From NCBI GenBank assembly GCA_964291315.2, contig OZ219750.1:416001-480000 (forward strand): a DNA stretch of 64,000 nucleotides. Direction: 5' to 3'. This document shows, piece by piece, positions 11,003 through 21,562 of the stretch. Within the stretch, counting starts at the first letter, position 1; each line of letters begins with the position of its first letter. The notes beneath the pieces are model-generated. The model did no database searches. It was not told the origin of the DNA and saw only the letters and a program-made list of their open reading frames with translations. The DNA comes from Candidatus Poribacteria bacterium. Its GTDB lineage: Bacteria > Poribacteria > WGA-4E > WGA-3G. Made by a program: the position numbers and the translations under genes.

Positions 11003-11363
11003 ATCTGTTTCCTTTTTTGGCTGTCGACTAAGCAACGGTATCAACGGTTTATAGTATTCCCCGGGTTTTCAGGGGCGAAAGGTGTAGCAGTTGTGTATCA
11101 CTTTCTGCCATAAAATACTTTCGCTGGCTGCTAACAGCCAACCGCTATTTTGCTGACAGCTATTGAAGATATAAGTTTATTTGGAATTTAGCACAACTTT
11201 CGAGATCTGTAAAGAATTTTTTTTATTTTTCTATTCGGCAGGTGTGAGAAATTTCAATTCAACCTAATTGTGGAAATTATGTCAAAGGATAAAATACAGA
11301 ATTTCTGGTTGCTGCAGTTATTATACAAAAATGAGATAGGGACAAAAGAGAGAATGAGAGAGA

Positions 11364-12755
11364 ATGTTTAAGAAAGCAGGGTACCAACGGAGAAACTTTC
11401 GATTTGCGCTGCTTCAAGGTACCTTCATGCGTATTAACTTGGCTTTTGCGGATTCATCGACTGTGCTTCCTGCTTTTATCCATAAGTTAAGTGGTTCGGA
11501 CCTCCTTGTAGGTTTAACTGGTTCAATGATGACAGTTGGTTGGATGTGGCCCCAGCTGCTGATATCAAACCTGCTTGAACATCGTCCACGCAAAATGCCA
11601 TTCTACGTACTGGGCATGAGCGTTCGTGTTTTGGCATGGCTCGCTATCTTTTTCTCTACTATTGTGATTGGTGAGCGAAGTCCGATGTTGCTTGCGGGCT
11701 GTTTCTTGTGCCTCTATTTTGTGTCCTCCTCTGCGATGGGCGTTTCGACGCTGCCTTACATGGACATTGTTTCTAAAGCGATAGCGCCGCCGCAGCGCGC
11801 TCGTTTCTTTAGTTTACGCCAACTGTATGGTGGTTTTTTTGCGATCTGGGTCGGTTTCTTGGTTCGCGCCGTGCTCGGAGATGAATCCGAATTTACGGGC
11901 ATACTCGGAAATATTACGCGAGCGTTTAGAACGTTCACCATTTATTTTATTGGTGTTGTTTGTCGCGTGGAAACGGATCTTGGATTCCCGTATAACTACT
12001 CTTTTCTCTTTATCTGTTCGGTGATGGCGGCGTTCTTTTCTTTCATTAGTTTCTTAGGAGTACGTGAACCTATTCATCCAGTCCAACCATCCCGAAAACC
12101 TATCTCACAACACTTGAAACAGGGTTTGTACTTTCTACAGACAGACCATAATTATAGAAGGTTCATCCTCTTCCGCGTCTTTGCACATTTCTCTGGGATG
12201 GCCACGCCCTTCTATATGCCTTATGCTCTGAATGAACTTGAGTTTTCAGAAGCGACGATGGGTTTTTTCATTGTGTGTTCTGCTCTGAGCGGTGTAATTT
12301 CAAACACAACCTGGGGATATATTGGCGAGAAATATGGCGTTCGCTCGTTACTGATTATCGCAGCGGGCTTGATGGGTATTCCTCCTGCTCTCGCCTTTTC
12401 TTCGAGTATATTGCCTGTTTCATTACAGATACCTGCTTTCTTTATGATTTTTATAGTTGGTGGTATTCTGTCAAACGGTACGATGGTAGGTTTTATGGCG
12501 TACATGCTGAATCTCGCCCCACCACGGAATCGTCCGAGTTACATCGGTTTCATGAACACTTTGCTCCTGCCTGTGAGTTTTGCGCCGCTTCTTGGAGGGG
12601 TTATAGCACCGCGTGTCGGTTATCAGTGGTTGTTTGCTATTTCGATGGGTATTTGCATCGCGGCCTTTTACAGTGGGATGAAGCTGGAAGAGGTTATGCA
12701 AGAAAATGAGGTGACAGAGGAACCCGAAGACGAAAAATTAGATCACGGTTCTTAA
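11364..12755 (+). CDS. MFS transporter
   Basis: About 12 hydrophobic segments, WGYIGEKYG motif, MLNLAPPRNRPSYIG. Confidence 0.85.
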   Translation: MFKKAGYQRRNFRFALLQGTFMRINLAFADSSTVLPAFIHKLSGSDLLVGLTGSMMTVGWMWPQLLISNLLEHRPRKMPFYVLGMSVRVLAWLAIFFSTIVIGERSPMLLAGCFLCLYFVSSSAMGVSTLPYMDIVSKAIAPPQRARFFSLRQLYGGFFAIWVGFLVRAVLGDESEFTGILGNITRAFRTFTIYFIGVVCRVETDLGFPYNYSFLFICSVMAAFFSFISFLGVREPIHPVQPSRKPISQHLKQGLYFLQTDHNYRRFILFRVFAHFSGMATPFYMPYALNELEFSEATMGFFIVCSALSGVISNTTWGYIGEKYGVRSLLIIAAGLMGIPPALAFSSSILPVSLQIPAFFMIFIVGGILSNGTMVGFMAYMLNLAPPRNRPSYIGFMNTLLLPVSFAPLLGGVIAPRVGYQWLFAISMGICIAAFYSGMKLEEVMQENEVTEEPEDEKLDHGS

Positions 12756-13020
12756 AAATCTCTCCACGATTTCTTTCCAAATGAAGCTGCTGCTTTAATA
12801 GTAAAATAGAAAACCTCACTATACCGCGTTGAGGGTGTTGACAACTCTTTCAAAAATCCTTATTCTGACAGTTCGCTGCTAAAATTTGATACCCCCAGAA
12901 ATTCTTATCCAATTTGTAAGCTTCAGGTTATAATAACAAACGCAGACACTATGCGTCTGCATCTGATACCGAGCGAAATGGGGCGGTGAATATAAAATCT
13001 AACTGTAAGAATCAAGTTAA

Positions 13021-13716
13021 GTGCAGAGCAACATGCATCAATTAATGTGGATAGAACGGAGTTTGTTCTGTGTAATTTTCTGCGTTATAGCATTCGCGGC
13101 AGGCCCCTTGGCCTCCTATGCAGAATACCGGGTGGGCATTGGGAAGGTAGTTCTTTCTGTTGATAGTGCCGACTGGCGCGGTACTATCGGGATTCCTCTG
13201 CAAGGAGCAGAATCTTTCCTGCTCTTTGAAATTTACGTTGAAGAAAACGAGGACAGGGTAGATGTTAAGTTTCCATTCGTAGGGTGCCTGGGAATCCGAC
13301 CTTTGATGGACTGCCAAGCCGAGTCATTAGTGGTAGGTTCAGTCAAGGCATTGCTAAATTCAGTTTCCGCATGTCCTTTGAGGTTGTCGCCTGAGACCAC
13401 AAGAACCGAAGCCTGATTTCCTTACCAAATCGACGATGTTTTATTTGAGGGGCTGTCGTCCTTTCTGGCACCTTGACAGTGCATCTGAGGTCTGGTCCCT
13501 TTCCCTCGGTGCCCTCATCTCCGGTAGCGGTTTGCAGAACCCAGGCGAGCCTGTGTTTGACCCCCCTTTTTGGGTGCTTGCTGATCACTTAAGCCGCGCA
13601 GGTGTTGCTGTACTTCGTATTGATGATCCCGGCATCGGTAAATCAACACGGCATCCTAGAAAAAACAACAGCGGATGTCGCAACTGATGCAGAGGCGGGT
13701 GTAGCGTTTCTCAGAG
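13021..13716 (+). pseudogene. Alpha/beta hydrolase remnant
   Basis: LISGSGLQN..FWVLADHLSRAGVAVLRIDDPGIGKS fragment; broken across several frames; boundaries approximate. Confidence 0.65.
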
Positions 13717-13878
13717 TTTTTCTGCTCAGTTTTCAATTCTTTCCGATCTTCGAAGAGTTGACACTCTCAGAATTATAAGAGTTAAAAGCCTTAATGATAA
13801 TGTGAGTTTGATAAATACTTGGCCAATTTTTGTCCAAAGAGAGTATTGTGGTGCAATGAAGCTATCAAATGAGTTTGT

Positions 13879-15880
13879 TCATAGCGGTTTGCTGTAAAAC
13901 ACCCTATTCAACGTCTTATCTGCCTCACTGACCTGAAATGTTTCGTCTTCTATTTCAGAGAGATGCACATACAACTGGTTCTTATCCAATAACTCCGCTA
14001 ACAGCCGCTTCTGTTGCTCAACGTCCTTGATAGCGCTAAAGTGTGCTTCGGCCCCCTCCGGGGCATCAGGGGTGATGTACCAATTGAGAGCGGAGTCTTC
14101 TGCCATATCGCGCCAGATGTCTAGCAGCTCTGCAGAAGTGGTTGCGAACTGGATCCGCTCCATGAAAACTTGGTTGTAAGGCATTAGCTCACAGGATATG
14201 AAATTCTCGCCGAGGAGTTTCTCTTTTTCAATGACTTTCCGGAGTCGTTCTTTGCAAACGGCTATGTGCTTTTCCAGCTGCTCTACCAGTATAAACTGCC
14301 GATTGCCGCTATCGTGTTTGTTCAGTTCTAAGACCGCATGTCCTGTAGTGCCTGAACCCGCAAAGAAGTCAAGCACAATGTCGTCTTCATTTGTTGTGAG
14401 TTTCAATATATCTGAAACAGTATATAGAGATTTGGGATAACTTACTTCAACTCGTCTACCGAGAAGCTTTTCTAATAAAAGGGTTCCATGGGAGGTTGCG
14501 TTGTACTTTGGAGCTACCCAGTGCGTCGTGATAATTTGCTGTTCCCTAAATTTCCTATAGATTACTATTTTCTTTTTTTCGCGTTTTATAACGACCTCAT
14601 TATCTTCAAAACGTTTCAGAAAGGTTTCTGGTTTTGTTACCCAAGTCATCTCCCGCCCGGTGTTTGTTACTGGAAAGATTTCTTCATAACCTTCAGCTTT
14701 CTCCAATGAAACGGTGCTGAGGTCATTGCTGACATAGATTGGATACCAATATGCAGGTTTATCTTCTCTTGTACATCCGCGACTTCCACCTTGAACCATA
14801 ATGTAGTTTTTTAAGTAATAATTCCCCTTCTCATCTTTCAAATTGAATTTTTTCTTCTTCTCTTCATCGATCACTACATTTTTTATGTTGATTCCGGTAG
14901 TCCTTGTATAAATTAACATAAACTCATTACTCGCTGAGAAGCCTTTGTCCATATTACGACCTCTTGCTTGATGGACCACTGAAACTACCGCTAACTTGTT
15001 CTTTCTTCCAAAAACTTCATCCGCTAGTACTCCCAAATAAAAAAGTTCATGATGATCAATAGCAATAGCAATGAATCCATCAGGGGTCAGCAATTCTCTT
15101 GCAACCTCTAACCTATTTTTCATAAACGTCAGCCACGTTGAGTGATTAAAAGCGTTGTTGTAGGTAAAGGTCTCCGATGAACCACCCGTATTATACGGCG
15201 GGTCTATGTAAATGAGTTTGACCCGCCCGCGAAATTGCTCTTTAAGGGTGTGCAGGACAATCAGGTTGTTGCCTTTGATGACAAGGTTCTCACGGATAAC
15301 ACCGGCATCATCTCGCTTCAGTTTGAGAGTTCCGTTTTCTATGTGCTTATCACAGATTACCCCCCCCGCTCTTATCAACCTCTCCTCCCATCGCCCTAAC
15401 ACCATGACGCTCCCAACACGTCAGAACCTTCGCATCAAACATACGATCTATCTCATCCGGCGCCAGAACCTCATTGAAGAATATCTCTTCACGTCTCTCC
15501 TCTTCATGTATCTGACCGCCTTCCAATATACAATCCTTATACGGCCAGACCAAAGCGACTTCCCCCCGCTCACGCAGATATTTGCCATCAATATTCAAAC
15601 CTATTCTATTACGGAACTGGGTATAGGAATCGGCAAAGAAGTTCTTATCCGTGATATAATCAACGAAGGTGTTGTTATCGAAGATCCAACGTCCTGCTAT
15701 CTCTTTGAAGAACTTCACCGCTATTTCTTCTTCTGTGGAGAGCAGGCTGATCAGCTCGGGGTCGAGTTTCCAAGCCCGTTCTCTGACGCTTGCACGCTGG
15801 AGTGCTCCGGTAGCATCAACAAAGTTAGAGTTGGTTTCAAGAAGTCTCATCAGTTTTTGGTCAAAACGTTTCTTTGACAT
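13879..15880 (-). CDS. mod: Type III R-M Mod subunit (N6-adenine DNA methyltransferase, beta class), frameshifted at a G8 tract; allele A
   Basis: ENLVIKGNNL, IYIDPPYNTG, YPKS, VLDFFAGSGTT; 176 aa and 508 aa ORFs overlap at C8 (15360-15367); deleting one G fuses them into about 666 aa. Confidence 0.9.
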
Positions 15881-16011
15881 ATAGATACATCCTTTTTGTC
15901 TTCCTGTGAGCTAATATGAGTTGATAAATACTTGGTCAATTTTTGTATAAAGCGAGTCTTCTGGTGTGATGAGGTCATCAAATGTTGTCTTGAAAGGGAG
16001 TTCTCTGATGG

Positions 16012-16040
16012 ATTATACCACTATTCTGTGAAATAGACAA
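16012..16040 (-). promoter_or_regulatory. Sigma70-type promoter of mod copy 1
   Basis: TTGTCT-17 nt-TATAAT with extended -10 TG on the minus strand. Confidence 0.7.
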
Positions 16041-16481
16041 CTTTTTTCTCCGTTATGAGCAAAGCTGTTTAGGTTTCACTATTCCTTCTATTTTTGATCC
16101 AAGCAGAGCTAGTGTGCCTTTCACGTACTGATCTATTGAAAACTGTAGAATCCAATACCTTCTCGGCGTTGATGATTTATCAGCTCTCGGAGAATAAACC
16201 GGTTCTGAACTTCTCCGAGCTTCAGCATGGACAGGATTTTACTAAGCATCTCTAAACTTTTTTCAAACTCATGTTATTATACCAAAGAGCACCGACTTCC
16301 GTTATTCCCGACCTGATCGATTAATTTGACTGACGAGCAGCGTAAAGTCGCTGAATTCGTGCAGAACAAGGCCCTAGCAGGTGATAAGGTGCTTTTTATC
16401 ATGCTTTCTGGTAGGCATAAACCGCCGTGGGAAGAGTGGCAAGCCAGCCTTCGTACGATGTGGCTTTGAAGTCAAGTTTAC

Positions 16482-17027
16482 TTAAAAATAGGCATGTATG
16501 CCTGATCCTACATAGACACCGGCAAGCCCCTTAGATTGAAATTCGGTTTTTTCCCTGCCGAATCCTTGACCTACTTCTACGTTCAAACCGAGGGGGATCC
16601 CACCAAGTGAAAACACAAGCTCGCCGCCGAAAGCAATTCCACCGCCTAACCTTGTGGTCAAACTGTTTTTATGTGTTTCATACTGTGAGATAGGATCTCC
16701 TGTTCTTTTTTCATAATGCCAAGCACCTTCTAACGTGAAGTAGAGTCGTGCTATGTTCCATTTGCTTTGATGTTCAAATATGGCATACGAAATGCCAGCT
16801 CCTAACATGTGATCGTTGTTCTGGTCCTTGAGAATAAAACGGCCAACGGTTTGAAGGTATACGGGTGCGAGGCCGGTATAGCGAAAACTAATTCCACCAA
16901 AGGCAGGAGTTGCTCCCTGGATGCCGATCCCGAAACTTTTGGTGAAATCAGCTGCTTGTACCTGAGTCGCAAAACTAAGGGGTATTCCTATGAAAATGCA
17001 TGTTAGGCAAAAAATTGTACTTTTCAC
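16482..17027 (-). CDS. Secreted outer-membrane beta-barrel-like hypothetical protein
   Basis: Signal peptide, Gly/aromatic alternating strands, C-terminal ..GIHAYF. Confidence 0.6.
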   Translation of the reverse strand: MKSTIFCLTCIFIGIPLSFATQVQAADFTKSFGIGIQGATPAFGGISFRYTGLAPVYLQTVGRFILKDQNNDHMLGAGISYAIFEHQSKWNIARLYFTLEGAWHYEKRTGDPISQYETHKNSLTTRLGGGIAFGGELVFSLGGIPLGLNVEVGQGFGREKTEFQSKGLAGVYVGSGIHAYF

Positions 17028-17051
17028 TGTTTTTTTCCCTTTTTTTAATGA

Positions 17052-17138
17052 CTATCGGTTGTCGGTTAGCAGTAAAGAAAGATGTTTGAAATCCCCACAG
17101 ATTTCCCTATTGACAACCGGCAACTGAGAGTTGACAGA
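17052..17138. repeat. Heptamer-periodic imperfect inverted repeat
   Basis: CTATCGG TTGTCGG TTAGCAG ... TTGACAA CCGGCAA CTGAGAG TTGACAG. Confidence 0.6.
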
Positions 17139-17146
17139 TATTTCAT

Positions 17147-18820
17147 TTATCGGGCAATCAACAACGTTACCCGATGCGATTTAGTCGCAGATGGATGGAA
17201 CATGAGAAGGTCCTGTTTCTCATCTTTGTTAAGGTCGGCCAGCCATATATTTCGTTCGTCAAAAGGCGTGGCGACTGCTACTTTTTGCGGTTTTTGGGTG
17301 AATAGTTTGGAATCTGGAATGCCCATAAAAACGTGTATTTTTTTCGGTTCATGTTGAATTAGCAGATCGAGGCGTTTGTCACCGTTCACATCGGCAATCA
17401 GCACAGCCGAAAAAGCGGTTCTTCCACCTGTTGCGCCAGATGGATATGATTTGAATCTGTGAGTTGTATTTGAGTTATGAGGGTAAGTGTTGTTTTCCAT
17501 GCGGTAGAACTCTATATCCAACGACACGGAACCTGTCAGAAGAGAACCGATGATCATACCGATGGCCTTGAGGATATGAGGCTTGATAGTGGCAAACATC
17601 ATATCGATTTTTACATCGCCGTTAAAATCGTGTTGCTCCATCCCGAATGGGATACCGTCTGAGTAGAGTGCGGTATTGGCATCTAGCGAGAACGTCGTGT
17701 CTCCATCGGATGTTGGTGCCCCGAAGTATACCTCATAGGTAGAATGCATGTGCCACAGATTCCCACCCTCCAGCGAAAAGACCCCGAGGTCGGTAACACC
17801 GTCCGCGTTCATATCCTTTATGGCGTGTAGCACCCTCCCTGTTAGAGCTCCGGCCGGTTGATGATCTCTACGTCGCCTGCGGACTCCATGAGGAGCAGCG
17901 AGTGCAGCGAGTTCATCGGACTCGAAAACCACATCGGTCGTGAAAGTTGTGGTGTCTGCGGAAAATAGCCCATGTTCGTTTTGGTGATGGACGACAAAGT
18001 GGTCTTCATTCCAAAAGACTAGGTCATTGCGCCCGTCTCGGTTGTAGTCTGTCTCATGAATACGACTCTGATTCCACGGATTGTAGCGGGATACATCGGT
18101 TTCATAGGTGCTATCTACCGTGGGTGGAGGGCCGAGTTTCACGGGTTTGGCAAATACACCGTCGGCCATCTGGATGAACACCCAAAATCCGTCGGAGTCG
18201 GGTACCACAAAGTCATCACGAGCATCGCCGTTCACATCGCGGGAGATATTTACATGAGGGATCTTGTCGTCGGGTGGTAAAGTCAGGGAAGGAACGCTTA
18301 CCAGCATGTGTGCTGTCTCCGCTTTGAGGTCAAGCCAGTTCAGGCGACTATGCTGGTATGTGATTAAGCGGTCGCGTCCAGCGATATTTGCGACATCGAC
18401 AAAGAGTACTTCGGTAGGCAATATTGTGTCTAGCCTCAGCCTCCAAGCGTTGTTATCGAATCCATAGATATGTAGCTGGCGGTTGTTGTTTTCGTCAATG
18501 CTCGCTACGGCGAGTTCAGCGCGATCGCCGCCAAGTAGAAATCCCGTTAAAACGGTTTGGTGTTTTCTTGTACCAATAGCGACTTCGTGCTGCTCGAAAG
18601 TGAATTCGTCACTTGTAGATACCAGCGGCTCAACCTTTTCGCCGATCAGACCTGAACACCCCGTTAGAAACAAACTGAAAACCCATATAGAGAACAGCTT
18701 CCATTCGAAGTGCTTCGTGGACTCGGTTACCAAGTTCGGTTTTGCCCAAAGGAACCTTTTATGCAATAGGTTTCGCCTTTTCACTTTTCTTTTCCTTTCG
18801 TTTTTTTTGGATATTAACAT
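17147..18820 (-). CDS. FG-GAP/VCBS repeat protein, probable lipoprotein
   Basis: Repeated DxNxDG motifs (DVNGDARDD, DYNRDGRND, DMNADGVTD, DVNGDKRLD); LFLTGC lipobox; start uncertain. Confidence 0.8.
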   Translation of the reverse strand: MLISKKNERKRKVKRRNLLHKRFLWAKPNLVTESTKHFEWKLFSIWVFSLFLTGCSGLIGEKVEPLVSTSDEFTFEQHEVAIGTRKHQTVLTGFLLGGDRAELAVASIDENNNRQLHIYGFDNNAWRLRLDTILPTEVLFVDVANIAGRDRLITYQHSRLNWLDLKAETAHMLVSVPSLTLPPDDKIPHVNISRDVNGDARDDFVVPDSDGFWVFIQMADGVFAKPVKLGPPPTVDSTYETDVSRYNPWNQSRIHETDYNRDGRNDLVFWNEDHFVVHHQNEHGLFSADTTTFTTDVVFESDELAALAAPHGVRRRRRDHQPAGALTGRVLHAIKDMNADGVTDLGVFSLEGGNLWHMHSTYEVYFGAPTSDGDTTFSLDANTALYSDGIPFGMEQHDFNGDVKIDMMFATIKPHILKAIGMIIGSLLTGSVSLDIEFYRMENNTYPHNSNTTHRFKSYPSGATGGRTAFSAVLIADVNGDKRLDLLIQHEPKKIHVFMGIPDSKLFTQKPQKVAVATPFDERNIWLADLNKDEKQDLLMFHPSATKSHRVTLLIAR

Positions 18821-19387
18821 AAATGAATTAATGATGTTAACTTAAAGGTAAAAATATGCGCGACCTGCTCTTGCTGAAAGTAAGCACTAGACACACGGAT
18901 TATCTTTGAAATTTTGCATTAGGATGAGCGTTTCTTTTCTTCCTTTTTTCAACGTTTCCTATTTTTCACGATCCCTGCCCTCAGAAAAGGTACAAGAATC
19001 TTATTAGTATCCCGTGCTTAAATTGACTCTGTACTCAATTCTAAATAGGACACTATCTGCAGAGGTTTAGAACCTTTTCTGAATGGCTCAGGTCAGTTCT
19101 CTTTCAATTTTGATTGGTACGAGTCTCTCTCTTTAAAATAGTTCTAGCAATTATCGAGTCGAACACCGTAGCTGGATTTTCCATAGTAGTTTTTAGAATC
19201 ACACAGTGTCTTACTGCAGCTATCTTAACTACTTATGCCTTTTAAGCAGAGTCGGTGTCTTTCTATATGGATATCATTGACAAATAGATCGCGTACTACC
19301 TGAACGGTTTGCTGTCGCTGTTCTTTTATTTTCATTGCCTTAGCCTCCATTTACATAGAAAACTAACTTAACAATGTTAATATTATA

Positions 19388-19651
19388 TTATCTGTTTTTG
19401 TTTTTGTCAAGTTTATTTTCAAAGGCGGGCGAAATCATGCCTTCTGAGAAATCAAATGTCTCAACTGTATCAGCGATTTGTGAAAGGAAGCGCTTATTCT
19501 TCCCGGGGCCACAGCTAACTTCAAGGATGGTTGGACAATATAGATGAGGGAGGTTTTTCTCGGTGACAATCTGATCAAGGTTCTGTGTGCGGTTCCCATC
19601 TATGTCGTAAGTCGTTGATCGACTGTCGTATACCTTTTGGAGGTTATTCAT
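19388..19651 (-). pseudogene. Class I SAM-dependent methyltransferase fragment
   Basis: ILEVSCGPGKN..FDFSEGMI motif I region, truncated at 87 aa. Confidence 0.6.
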
Positions 19652-19751
19652 AATGGAAACTTGTTAGATGGGCATCATCAGATTTTGTTTGTCTTTATCA
19701 GAAAAATTAAGTATAATATCAGAGAATTTTTTTCTAATAGAACGGAGAACA

Positions 19752-20498
19752 ATGTACAACCTAAACTTTGTTCGGATCAAGGATCTACCTAAAGATGAGC
19801 GTCCACGTGAACGGCTTCGCAAATATGGTCCGGAAAGTCTGAGAGACTCTGATCTTTTGGCTATTATCCTCAGAGATGGCTTTAAAGGAGCAACGGCCGT
19901 TCATCTCGGTGAGCAGATCCTCACGGCATTTGAAGGCGATTTGAAGCGGATGGCGGACAACAACTCTAAGCAATTTGAGAAAATTAAAGGGGTCGGCGAG
20001 GCAAAGGCTGCACAGATTGTCGCTGCTTTTGAACTCGGAAAAAGATTGGCACGCTTTCACGGTGACCGCGACAAGATTACTTCTCCAAGTGATGTTGCAG
20101 ACTTAATGATGTCTAAAATGCGGTACCTACAGAAAGAGATTGTTTGTGTTCTGTGCCTGGATACAAAAGGGGGTGTAACAACCAAGGGGATCGCGGGCGA
20201 CCTTGGTCCTGATCCAACGTGGGGAAAAAAGTTGTCGGAAGGAACAGTTTTTGAGGGCACCCTGAACGCTAGTGTTTTTCATCCTCGCGAAATTTTTCGA
20301 TTTGCAATTGAGGAAGCCGCGAATTCCATTGTACTGGTCCACAATCATCCATCAGGTGATCCACAACCTAGCCAAGAAGACATTCGAGCCACAAAACAAT
20401 TGATAGAGGCGGGAAACCACATCGGAATTAAAGTGTTGGATCATGTCATTATCGGAGACGGAATTTTTGTCAGTCTGAAGGAGGAAGGCTTCATTTGA
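19752..20498 (+). CDS. radC: RadC/UPF0758 JAB-domain protein
   Basis: DERPRERL..GPESL, IKGVGEAKA, HPREIF, VHNHPSGDP.PS.ED, VLDHVIIG; start moved to ATG 19752 after GGAG. Confidence 0.95.
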   Translation: MYNLNFVRIKDLPKDERPRERLRKYGPESLRDSDLLAIILRDGFKGATAVHLGEQILTAFEGDLKRMADNNSKQFEKIKGVGEAKAAQIVAAFELGKRLARFHGDRDKITSPSDVADLMMSKMRYLQKEIVCVLCLDTKGGVTTKGIAGDLGPDPTWGKKLSEGTVFEGTLNASVFHPREIFRFAIEEAANSIVLVHNHPSGDPQPSQEDIRATKQLIEAGNHIGIKVLDHVIIGDGIFVSLKEEGFI

Positions 20499-20515
20499 AC
20501 GGTTCAAACTTATGT

Positions 20516-21250
20516 TCAAGAACGTTGCCGAAGCACTTCGTATAAAAGAACACCGGCTGCAACGGAGACGTTCAGAGATTCAATTTGTCCAAACATTGGC
20601 AAACTCACGAGATAGTCACATTTTTGTTCTACGAGTCGCCGAATACCTTTACCTTCACTTCCGAGAACGATGCACAAAGGGACACTGAAATTCGCATCTG
20701 TATATGAGCAGGTTGCGGCTTCATCAGAGCCTACAACCCATATGCCAGCTTTTTTGATTCGATCTATAGTTTGTCCAATATTCTGCACTTTAATGATAGG
20801 CACGTGTTCAGACGCGCCTGCTGATGCTTTGTGCACAGCAGGCGTAATGCCGACAGCATTATTCTTTGGAATGATGACACCGTCGGCGTTAGCAGCATCA
20901 GCCGTCCGGAGAATCGCGCCAAGGTTCCTCGGATCTTGGACCCCATCCAATATTATCAACAATGCCTCTCTCTTTTCACTTTGTAGCTTCGCGAGTATTG
21001 ATGGTAGGTTGCTATAGCGGTTCAGATTGATGAGGGCAATAACATCTTGGTGCGGGACAGATGATTCCATTCTATCTAATTCGCGTCTTGAGCAGCGTCT
21101 TACTGGCACCCCGGCCTGTTGTGCTCTTGTGATGATATAGCGAATGCGAGAGTGGTTATTCCCCTCAGCAATCCAAATTTTTTCGATACAACGCGCATGA
21201 TGTTGTAGGTATTCAATAACTGGGCTTCTGCCAACAACGTATTCAGACAT
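20516..21250 (-). CDS. rlmB: 23S rRNA (guanosine-2'-O)-methyltransferase RlmB (TrmH/SpoU family)
   Basis: LDGVQDPRNLGAILRTA, KASAGA, VLGSEGKG, SLNVSVAAG..LYE. Confidence 0.93.
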   Translation of the reverse strand: MSEYVVGRSPVIEYLQHHARCIEKIWIAEGNNHSRIRYIITRAQQAGVPVRRCSRRELDRMESSVPHQDVIALINLNRYSNLPSILAKLQSEKREALLIILDGVQDPRNLGAILRTADAANADGVIIPKNNAVGITPAVHKASAGASEHVPIIKVQNIGQTIDRIKKAGIWVVGSDEAATCSYTDANFSVPLCIVLGSEGKGIRRLVEQKCDYLVSLPMFGQIESLNVSVAAGVLLYEVLRQRS

Positions 21251-21289
21251 CTTGAAGTGTGGATAGATAGACCTATCTGTTCCTCTGAA

Positions 21290-21529
21290 TTAGTTTCCAC
21301 GGACAAACTTAATGTCTGGGCCGCGGGGTGTGATCTTGATATCCGGGTCTGCCTCCTGACACTGTACACAAGTAATGACACTGACGTTTGCGTTTTCCAT
21401 GCGCGGGGCGAGTTTTTCCAACTTAAACGCAAACTCCAGAACCTCATCTGCGGGGATTTTCCTGTTGCATGAAATGCATGGAATAGCTTCTCCTGATTTA
21501 ACGCTCTTTAAAAGTTCTAATGCTTTCAT
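21290..21529 (-). CDS. Small hypothetical protein with two CxxC pairs (possible zinc binding)
   Basis: CISC and CVQC; AGGGG RBS; lies between iolD and rlmB on the same strand. Confidence 0.65.
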   Translation of the reverse strand: MKALELLKSVKSGEAIPCISCNRKIPADEVLEFAFKLEKLAPRMENANVSVITCVQCQEADPDIKITPRGPDIKFVRGN

Positions 21530-21562
21530 AATTTCCCCTTTCATTGAAAGTTATCCTGACTT

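Larger units (their letters stand above)
13798..16077 (-). repeat. Copy 1 of a 2.3 kb direct repeat (Mod methyltransferase cassette)
   Basis: Near-identical to 50807-53071 apart from 14380-15034; only a few SNPs seen elsewhere. Confidence 0.97.

Noticed and set aside
13879-15405. Treating the 508 aa and 176 aa ORFs as two separate genes
   Set aside because: They are consecutive parts of one Mod protein joined at a G8 tract. The downstream ATG cannot be fully excluded as a restart, but its first residues are not Mod-like.
15212-15877. 221 aa plus-strand ORF, duplicated at 52206-52871
   Set aside because: It is the antisense shadow of the mod 5' region, conserved only because the DNA is duplicated, and has no recognisable motifs.
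13798-16077. Mod cassette as an IS or composite transposon
   Set aside because: No transposase, terminal inverted repeats or clear target-site duplication are visible.
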